From Verrucomicrobiota bacterium (GTDB taxonomy: Bacteria > Verrucomicrobiota > Verrucomicrobiia > Limisphaerales > UBA11358): a stretch of 64,000 bases of DNA. The stretch spans positions 42,090 to 106,089 of the forward strand of contig JBEKXN010000008.1 in the NCBI GenBank assembly GCA_049511835.1, read 5' to 3'. Made by a program: the position numbers and the translations under genes. This document shows, one piece after another, positions 56,401 through 62,169 of the stretch (position 1 is its first letter; each line of letters starts with the position of its first letter). Below the pieces are notes generated by a model. It saw only the letters and a list, made by a program, of their open reading frames with translations. It had not been told where the DNA came from and ran no database searches.

Positions 56401-58018
56401 CGACACCAGCCTGTCCAACATCAAGGACATGATCCATCAACACCGGCTCAACCGCATCGTCGTCGCCTCCTGCACGCCGCGCACGCACGAGCCGCTGTTC
56501 CGCGAAACCCTGCGCGAAGCCGGGCTGAACCCCTATCTGTTCGAAATGGCCAACATCCGCGACCAATGTTCCTGGGTGCATTCCGCCGTGCCGCAATCCG
56601 CCACCGAAAAGGCGGTTGAACTCGTGAAAATGTCCGTCGCCCGCGCGCGCACGCTTTCGCCGCTGGAAGGCGGAACGCTCACGGTGGACCAGACCGGCAT
56701 TGTCATCGGCGGCGGACTGAGCGGCATGACCGCCGCCCTGGCGCTGGCCGACCAGGGATTCAACGTCCATCTGGTGGAACAAAGTGACCGTTTGGGCGGG
56801 ACCCTGCACGATATTCATCGCACCTTCGAGCACGATGACATCGCCGCCTTCACCCGCGGCCTCATTGACAAGGTCCAGAAACATCCGCGCATCAAGTCCT
56901 ACCTGGAAGCCGAAATCACCGGCATCAAGGGTCACATCGGCAAGTTTGCCGTGACGCTCGCCAAGGGCGGCGCGAGCTTTGAAATTTCCGGCGGCGCCAT
57001 CATCGTGGCCACCGGCGCGCAAGCGGCCAAGACCACCGACTTTTTATACGGCAAATCCGACCGGGTCCTGACCCAGGTCGAACTGGAACAACGGTTGCAC
57101 GACAAGACCTGGCCCGCGAAGGGACAAAACATCGTCATGATCCAGTGCGTCGGCTCGCGCAACGAAAAGCATCCGTATTGCAGCCGCATCTGCTGCTCGA
57201 TGGCCGTCAAAAACGCATTGGACATCAAGAAACTAGACCCCGACGCCAATGTCTATGTGCTTTACCGCGACGTCCGGACCTACGGCTTCCGGGAAATTTA
57301 CTATCAGCAGGCGCGCGAGGCTGGGGTGGTCTTCATCCGCTACTCGCCGGAAGCGCCGCCGCAGGTGGCCGACAATAACGGCCTGGTCGTCACGCTCAAA
57401 AGTCCCGACCTTCCCGACACGCTGGCGATCGAAGCCGACAACGTCGTGCTCAGCACCGGAGTGGAAGTGGATTTGAAGAACAACAAGCGCGTCTCGGACA
57501 TGCTCAAGGTGCCGCTCAACGCCGATGGATTCTACGTGGAAGCCCACATGAAACTGCGGCCCGTGGATTTCACCACCGAAGGCATCTTCCTCTGCGGCCT
57601 GGCCCATTCGCCGAAGTTCATTGACGAAAACATTTCGCAGGCGCGCGCCGCCGCCGCGCGGGCGGCCACCGTCCTGTCCAAAACGCAGCTCGATGTCAGC
57701 GCCCAGGTCTCGTACGTGGACCAGCAGAAGTGCATCTCCTGCATGACCTGCGTCACGGTTTGTCCGTATTCCGCGCCTTACTGCAACAAGGACGGCAAGG
57801 GCCAGATCGAAGCCGCCAAGTGCATGGGCTGCGGCATTTGCGCCGCCGAATGTCCGGCCCGCGCCATCCAGTTGCATCATTTCGAGACCGACCAGTTCGA
57901 GGTGATGATCAAGGCGTTGCTCGCCGGGGAAGATTTGGAAAACGTCAGCAACGTAAGCCACGGCAAGAACGGCAACGGTCAGCCCCGCCAGGGCATCCGG
58001 TTAATGGCCCCGAATTGA
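53477..58018 (+). CDS. hdrA: 1513-aa HdrA-type flavoprotein megafusion: HdrA module with inserted GltD/NfnB-like NAD(P)H:FAD/Fe-S module, followed by a second HdrA module (HdrL-type)
   Basis: GAVLVQGGGIAGVQASLDLA...FPTGDCATCI (HdrA). CPARVNVQGY...CGRICTHPCESEC, VAVIGGGPAGLTAANDL, VLVIGGGNVAVDVA (GltD-like). CLNCALCSECNRC. WIQCVGSRD...CSSICC. VFVCHCGMNI. Second GIVIGGGLSGMTAALAL...IQCVGSRNEKHPYCSRICC...CISCMTCVTVCP...CMGCGICAAECP. Confidence 0.85.
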   Translation: MQQTIMSKSDGKKIGAVLVQGGGIAGVQASLDLANSGFKVYLVERDGAIGGMMAHLDKTFPTGDCATCIVSPKLVECARNLNIEIMTLSEVTGLEGEPGHFTATVKRHPRYVIEDKCTGCSECTQVCPVDIPDEFNRCLGTRKGIAKLYAQATPNIFGILKNGHSPCKMTCPARVNVQGYVQLIKQKEYLKAVELVRQRNPLSAICGRICTHPCESECMRGKADDPIAIRLLKRFASDKEMELLAAGKLTLPEEKTPAPDAKKVAVIGGGPAGLTAANDLADAGFAVTVYEAMAAAGGMLRYGIPGYRLPKKVLDHEIEIIRRKGVKFFYNCRIGRNVTIETLQSVYAAIFISAGAQKSRKLRVEGENIKGVLHGIEFLRDAGSAHKPAVKDRVLVIGGGNVAVDVARTALRLGAKNVEMICLEQRHEMPAYKEEIEATLAENIKIRNGWGPKRILGNGSVTGIELKRCTRVFDSQKRFSPTFDENNLTTIEADQIIVAIGQAVDEELVSHIKIQNERGCFKADKVTGQTSVLSIFAGGDNASGPASVIDAVAAGKRVAESIERYLKGKDLLGGRFEDSLRPLPPAFLPTLDKLEKKSRPHAAELAPASRLNNFDEVEKGLTEEQALAEAARCLNCALCSECNRCVETCKQHAIDHAMREQTVKLEVGSVILTPGFKEFDARRKGEFGYGRYDNVVTSVQFERMLSAAGPFEGHVIRLSDGREAKRIGWIQCVGSRDASCGNDYCSSICCMMATKQALVAGDHVHDLDATIFYMDIRAHGKDFDQYYERARAQKHIHYLKSIPSRIVQVPGSKDLRVSFIDENSRLQQQDFDLIVLSVGMEPANGLADLASRLDIKLNQFGFCDTDRLLPLSTSRPGVFVGGAVQEPKDIPETVTQASAAASMAMELLAPARNTLITKKSYPTEHDVADEAPRLGVFVCHCGMNIASVVDVEAVVKRIEHEPDVVLANHTMFTCADTSLSNIKDMIHQHRLNRIVVASCTPRTHEPLFRETLREAGLNPYLFEMANIRDQCSWVHSAVPQSATEKAVELVKMSVARARTLSPLEGGTLTVDQTGIVIGGGLSGMTAALALADQGFNVHLVEQSDRLGGTLHDIHRTFEHDDIAAFTRGLIDKVQKHPRIKSYLEAEITGIKGHIGKFAVTLAKGGASFEISGGAIIVATGAQAAKTTDFLYGKSDRVLTQVELEQRLHDKTWPAKGQNIVMIQCVGSRNEKHPYCSRICCSMAVKNALDIKKLDPDANVYVLYRDVRTYGFREIYYQQAREAGVVFIRYSPEAPPQVADNNGLVVTLKSPDLPDTLAIEADNVVLSTGVEVDLKNNKRVSDMLKVPLNADGFYVEAHMKLRPVDFTTEGIFLCGLAHSPKFIDENISQARAAAARAATVLSKTQLDVSAQVSYVDQQKCISCMTCVTVCPYSAPYCNKDGKGQIEAAKCMGCGICAAECPARAIQLHHFETDQFEVMIKALLAGEDLENVSNVSHGKNGNGQPRQGIRLMAPN

Positions 58019-58047
58019 AAATGAGCGTTCAAAGACATTTTGGAATT

Positions 58048-58195
58048 GGGGAGCGCGACCGTCCCGGTCGCTCCAGTTGGCGTCTCGCCGACTGGTTTTT
58101 GCGGATGAGCACCAGCTCTAACAATTCTTTCGGGTTGTGGAGGGAAATTTGCGGCCGGAGGCCGCAAATTGCGAGCGGGACGCCCGCGCTCCCCC
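58048..58195. repeat. 148-bp MITE-like element (family A) between hdrA-like gene and second mvhD
   Basis: GGGGAGC-GCGACCGTCCCGGTCGC ... GCGAGCGGGACGCCCGC-GCTCCCCC. Internal perfect hairpin AATTTGCGGCC-GGA-GGCCGCAAATT. Followed by (CTCTGCGT)x3 at 58208-58231. Confidence 0.65.
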
Positions 58196-58244
58196 AATCA
58201 ATTACGCCTCTGCGTCTCTGCGTCTCTGCGTTAAATTCGATTGC

Positions 58245-58727
58245 ATGAACACCCAAACTTTTGAACCCAAAATCCTGGCCTTTTGCTGCCACTATTGCGC
58301 CTATTCGTCGGCGGATCTGGCGGGGGTCATGCGCATCCAGTATCCGCCCAATGTGCGCATCATCCGCACCCCCTGCACCGGCCGGCTGGAGACCGAATAC
58401 TTCATGAAGGCCTTGGAGAACGGCGCGGACGGCGTGCTCGTGGCGGGTTGTCTGGAAGGTGGCTGCCATTTCGTGGAAGGCAATCTCTGCGCCAAACGCC
58501 GGGTCAATTACACCCGCGACCTGCTGGAAGAAATCGGCATCGAAAAGGAACGCCTCCGCATGGTCAACATTTCCGCCGCCATGGCGCGGCCATTGGCGGA
58601 CGTCATCACCGACATGGTGGAAACAATACGCAAACTGGGACCAAACCCAATAAGGAAGGCTGAAGTCCAAAGCCCAATGTCCAAGGTCCAAAGTCCACAG
58701 CCCACAGTCCGGAGCCTAAAGTCCTAA
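58245..58727 (+). CDS. mvhD: MvhD/FlpD-like iron-sulfur protein, second copy
   Basis: ORF trimmed to ATG 58245. ILAFCCHYCAYSSADLAG...IIRTPCTGRLETEYFMKALENGADGVLVAGCLEGGCHFVEGN. The last 25 aa or so are encoded by a simple-sequence tract. Confidence 0.8.
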   Translation: MNTQTFEPKILAFCCHYCAYSSADLAGVMRIQYPPNVRIIRTPCTGRLETEYFMKALENGADGVLVAGCLEGGCHFVEGNLCAKRRVNYTRDLLEEIGIEKERLRMVNISAAMARPLADVITDMVETIRKLGPNPIRKAEVQSPMSKVQSPQPTVRSLKS

Positions 58728-58758
58728 CTACTAACTGCTAGCTGCCAACTACTAACTC
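58664..58758. repeat. simple-sequence tracts: degenerate (A/C)AGTCC units, then CTAACTN heptamers x5
   Basis: AAGTCCAAAGCCCAATGTCCAAGGTCCAAAGTCCACAGCCCACAGTCC...AAAGTCC followed by CTAACTA CTAACTG CTAGCTG CCAACTA CTAACTC. Spans the mvhD2 3' end and the gap before metV. Confidence 0.6.
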
Positions 58759-58766
58759 CCAATTTT

Positions 58767-59435
58767 ATGATCGTCGCACAAAGAAAAAACATACCCGAAC
58801 TGCTGGACATCGTTGGTAAACACCGGAAGGTGCTCCTGCTCGGCTGCGGCACCTGCGTGACCGTCTGTCTGGCCGGCGGCCAGCGCGAAGTCGGCATCAT
58901 CGCCTCCGCCCTGCGCATGGCGGCCAAATTGAAAGGCCGCCCCCTGGAAGTCGAGGAACTCACCATCGAACGCCAGTGCGACAACGTCTTCCTCGAACAA
59001 GCCGCCGATGCCATCAAGCAAAACGACTGCGTGCTGTCCATCGGCTGCGGCGCCGGTGTGCAGGCCATCGCCGAGCGATTCGCCAACAAACCGGTTTATG
59101 CCGGGCTGAACACCGCGTTCATCGGCATCCTGGAAGAACGGGGCGTCTGGACGGAAAAATGCGCCGCCTGCGGCGAATGTGTGCTGCATCTCTACGGTGG
59201 CATCTGTCCCATCACCCGGTGTGCGAAGAAAATGATGAACGGCCCGTGCAGCGGTTCCCGAGAGGACCGATGCGAAGTCAGTCCCGACCGACCCTGCGCC
59301 TGGCAATTGATTTACAAACGCCTGAAAGACATCGGCCAGTTAGACCGCCTGAAAGAGCACAAGAAACCCAAGAACTGGCAGCCGAGCCTCTCCGGCGGTT
59401 TCCGTAAAATAATTAGAGAAGACCACAGAGTTTAA
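58767..59435 (+). CDS. metV: MetV-type methylenetetrahydrofolate reductase small (Cys-rich, MTHFR_C-like) subunit
   Basis: LLLGCGTCVTVCLAGG...SIGCGAGVQ...CAACGECVLHLYGGICPITRCAKKMMNGPCSGS...CEVSPDRPCAW. Confidence 0.75.
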   Translation: MIVAQRKNIPELLDIVGKHRKVLLLGCGTCVTVCLAGGQREVGIIASALRMAAKLKGRPLEVEELTIERQCDNVFLEQAADAIKQNDCVLSIGCGAGVQAIAERFANKPVYAGLNTAFIGILEERGVWTEKCAACGECVLHLYGGICPITRCAKKMMNGPCSGSREDRCEVSPDRPCAWQLIYKRLKDIGQLDRLKEHKKPKNWQPSLSGGFRKIIREDHRV

Positions 59436-59625
59436 ACGGCTGAAACAAAAACTCTAGCGTTTAGCTTTTATCTTTTGGCATTTCCGCTGGCCCGTAGCGT
59501 GGGGCAATGCCTTTTACGTGAGCCAGCCACGTGGCGCAACTCAGCGGGTGGCTTGAAGATGAACCCCGCCCAGATATTGCATTTAGATGTAAATGGCTTG
59601 TAAAACAAAGATATTATGTTAAAGC

Positions 59626-59940
59626 ATGATTCCTATGAATGGGAAAGCATTGGCTTCAAGATTAGAAGGTAAAAGAGTTGGTCAGTGGAATGTGATCAAA
59701 CGCAAACCCAAAGATGCGGCTGATTCTAGCGGATATTTTTCGTCTTGCTACTTCGTTGAGAACGACAAGGGAGAAAAGGCGTTCTTAAAAGCTTACAATT
59801 ACCTCTATGCGTTCGGTCGCAAAACGGGTTCCGCCGACACGTTGAAATTCATGACAGAAAATTTCACATATGAACGTGATCTGTTAAAGATATGCGGTGA
59901 TAGCAAAATGCGTCGAGTGGTAAGGCGAAACGATATTAAG
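59626..59940 (+). pseudogene. N-terminal fragment of a protein-kinase-like gene, truncated where the toxin-antitoxin cassette begins
   Basis: LEGKRVGQWNVIKRK...GYFSSCYFVENDKGEKAFLKAYNY...ENFTYERDLLKI resembles a kinase N-lobe (glycine loop region, AxK, alphaC Glu). Beyond about 59940 the ORF runs antisense to higA. Confidence 0.3.
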
Positions 59941-59960
59941 CGATCAGGGAACGCATGCGT

Positions 59961-60251
59961 TTATGCTGGTTCCAACACAATCTTGACCTTGCGTCCCAGG
60001 GCGCGCGCCGCCTTGCCCAAGGTGTTCAGTGTGACCGAGGCATTGGAAGCATCCAGCAACCGGTCCACCGCCGCGCGGCTGGTTTTCATCCGGGCCGCCA
60101 TTTGCGTCTTGGTCAGTTCCTTCTCTTTCAACAGGCGGTCCAATTGAAGGCTCAACGCCTGCTTCAGCGCGCGGGCCTCGACTTCGCCCCGGATGCCTTG
60201 TTCATCCAGGAAATCCCGGAAGTCGCTTCCGCGATGTGTTTTTTTGCTCAT
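59961..60251 (-). CDS. higA: HTH (XRE-type) antitoxin, HigA-like
   Basis: ATG 60251 overlaps the toxin stop (ATGA). ...LLKEKELTKTQMAARMKTSRAAVDRLLDASNASVTLNTLGKAARALGRKVKIVLE. Confidence 0.7.
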   Translation of the reverse strand: MSKKTHRGSDFRDFLDEQGIRGEVEARALKQALSLQLDRLLKEKELTKTQMAARMKTSRAAVDRLLDASNASVTLNTLGKAARALGRKVKIVLEPA

Positions 60252-60598
60252 AGATTTTGCCAATATTGTTTTTTGCGTTTCTTTGCCAATTCCAGTTCGT
60301 CTGGCGGCGTCTTTTGCTGTTTCTTGATGAAGCCGTGCAGCAGCACAATTTCCTGATCCACCATCGTAAACAGCGTCCGCGCGATGCGGTTATCCAACCG
60401 TGAACGGACCTCCCAAATGCCGTCACCCAAATTGTCAACCAACGGCTTCCCTACCGGCCACGCGTATTGCACCGTCAGAATGTCCGTGCCGATGACCTTG
60501 CAGTCCTCTTTCGACAATCCTTTCAGCCATTCCCGCACTGGTTCATTGCCCGCCTCGGTCTTGAAAAAGACGACTTTGAGCGGGCGTTCAGCTTTCAT
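60248..60598 (-). CDS. higB: RelE/ParE-superfamily toxin (HigB / phage Gp49-like), toxin-first operon
   Basis: LKVVFFKTEAGNEPVREWLKGLSKEDCKVIGTDILTVQYAWPVGKPLVDNLGDGIWEVRSRLDNRIARTLFTMVDQEIVLLHGFIKKQQKTP. Confidence 0.75.
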   Translation of the reverse strand: MKAERPLKVVFFKTEAGNEPVREWLKGLSKEDCKVIGTDILTVQYAWPVGKPLVDNLGDGIWEVRSRLDNRIARTLFTMVDQEIVLLHGFIKKQQKTPPDELELAKKRKKQYWQNL

Positions 60599-60938
60599 CC
60601 GCAAAGTAGTGTATCAAAAAAGATACGTTTGTCAAATGGAGATAAGCAGCGCCCCGATGTGCTTTGGAACTGGTCACAAATTGTGACCAGTTCGGAGTAT
60701 CTTTCTGAATGCCAATGGATTGCACACATGAGGTCACAAATTGTGACCTCAAGTTGGCGACTTCTGCCGCAGTCAGTTGAAAGGTAAAGTCCGTGGGAAA
60801 TCGGTCAAAGTTGCGCTTTACAGCCTGGTTGAAAACTTTTGTCGGCACACCATAAAGCTCCGCCAAGTCGGCATCCAGAATCACCTTCTGATTGCGAATG
60901 TTCAAAATCAGGGTTTCAATCGGTTTCTTTGGCTTCAT
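60588..60938 (-). CDS. ORF6N (KilA-N-like) DNA-binding domain protein, probably C-terminally truncated/degenerate
   Basis: IRNQKVILDADLAELYGVPTKVFNQAVKRNFDRFPTDFTFQLTAAEVANLRSQFVTS is ORF6N-like. The usual GGRRYxPYAFTE continuation is garbled, and the 3' end overlaps higB. Confidence 0.55.
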   Translation of the reverse strand: MKPKKPIETLILNIRNQKVILDADLAELYGVPTKVFNQAVKRNFDRFPTDFTFQLTAAEVANLRSQFVTSCVQSIGIQKDTPNWSQFVTSSKAHRGAAYLHLTNVSFLIHYFADES

Positions 60939-61013
60939 ATTGTCGGATGGTCCCAGTTCGATTCCCGGCCCAAGCGGATTGGCAATTATCGTAGCCCTCG
61001 GCAGATTTTAGGC

Positions 61014-61053
61014 AAATAGAAAACCGCGTAAAGCGGCGGAGCCGCCACGCGGT
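61014..61053 (-). terminator. intrinsic terminator after the 61211..61582 gene
   Basis: Minus strand ACCGCGT-GGCGGCTCCGCCGCTTT-ACGCGGT followed by TTTTCTATTT. Confidence 0.45.
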
Positions 61054-61210
61054 GGGCTGGGGAAGTTTCAAGTTTTCAGTGTTCAGTTTTCAGCCGCAAA
61101 GGGGCAAAGGGGTCGGATAAAAGGTACCGCCTCACCGATGAATTATTCCTGGTCTTGATTGAAGCCGATGCGGCGCCGGGGTTTCTCCGGCAGGGGCGTT
61201 GGGATTATGT

Positions 61211-61582
61211 TTACCTCTTAATCGTCGTGTGAAATGATTTTCTGTCATCCGCCGTCACACTGAGTTTTGTATCGGAGACGACAATCTTAAGTTTGGCCTC
61301 AGCTGGAATCTTCGCTTTTTCCATCCCATCGAGCAAAAGTCGTTCTTTCTCAATTACAAGCTTGTGTCCGAGAAACTCAACGCCCGGCTCACTGTTTCGA
61401 TCAACGATGAAGCCGGAAGCATCAATGTCGGCATTGATTTCGTGTCCGGCCACGTTCCCCATAAGAATCGAATGAACCGCCGGCAGAGCGACGGCCTGAT
61501 TGGGTTTACTACGACCCCATGACGCGGTTATCCCTACCGCGGTTACGAGCGCGATCAAAAGCAGTGGGATAAGTATGCGCAT
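61211..61582 (-). CDS. hypothetical membrane-anchored/secreted protein
   Basis: ORF trimmed to ATG 61582. MRILIPLLLIALVTAVGITASWG signal/anchor. Low GC. Confidence 0.4.
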   Translation of the reverse strand: MRILIPLLLIALVTAVGITASWGRSKPNQAVALPAVHSILMGNVAGHEINADIDASGFIVDRNSEPGVEFLGHKLVIEKERLLLDGMEKAKIPAEAKLKIVVSDTKLSVTADDRKSFHTTIKR

Positions 61583-62169
61583 GGTTGTCCTGTCCTTTTC
61601 CGGTTGGACGCGCTGATGCCGGAGACGCACCATTCCGGGTGCTTGGACGATTTCGCCGGAAAATCCAAGCGCAACGTTTGCAGTTTCTTTCATGTTCTTT
61701 TGTTTAACTTACGGACTTCACCCCCGGGCATCCGCCCAAGCATTTGCCCGGGTGTATAAACTATCCAACACAAACGGCCGGAATGAAACGAATTAGGGAC
61801 AGAAGGCAGATTTGCGGGGTGAATTGCGCCTGGCACAGGGCGAAATGCCGGCAGAAAATCGAGACCAAACATTGTCAAATGACAGGGGGCCTGAATTTCG
61901 GAGGGACAAGCCGTTCCGCAAACGGTTTTATCCGCAGACCTGTCCACCATCCCGTCCATCGACCTGTCCACCGTAGCCTTCCTCCCTTCCAAAGCTTTTG
62001 CGACGGAGGGGGCGAAGGTGGAAGTCCCGCAACACGGGACGAAGTTGGAAGCTTCTGAGCGAAGGATGGATTGCGCTGATTAACGCAAATTCTTGGGTGG
62101 CCTCGGCGACGGTGAAAATCTTTAATTGCCCGGTCGGAAAAATGGGTTGTCAGCGGCTTTATTTTCGTC

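Noticed and set aside
54938-57022. 694-aa minus-strand ORF inside the hdrA-like gene; similar long shadow ORFs at 36875..38224, 40940..42664, 45714..46985, 62122..63546, 8307..9518 and 14766..15983
   Set aside because: In each case the opposite strand encodes a protein with strong family motifs (HdrA, MFS, GltB-like, transglutaminase-like, MFS, CE15-like). The shadow products are low-complexity and Arg/Gly-rich.
59436-59625. Possible tRNA or att site at the boundary of the low-GC islet; the island edges near 32800 and 36870 were inspected as well
   Set aside because: By eye I could not find a cloverleaf with a T-arm (GTTCGAATC-like) or convincing flanking direct repeats. A tRNAscan/ARAGORN run and a repeat search would be needed, so no feature was called.
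59940-60147. 3' part of the 59626..60147 ORF as genuine coding sequence
   Set aside because: This part runs exactly antisense to the well-supported HigA-like gene, and the kinase-like similarity stops at about 59940.
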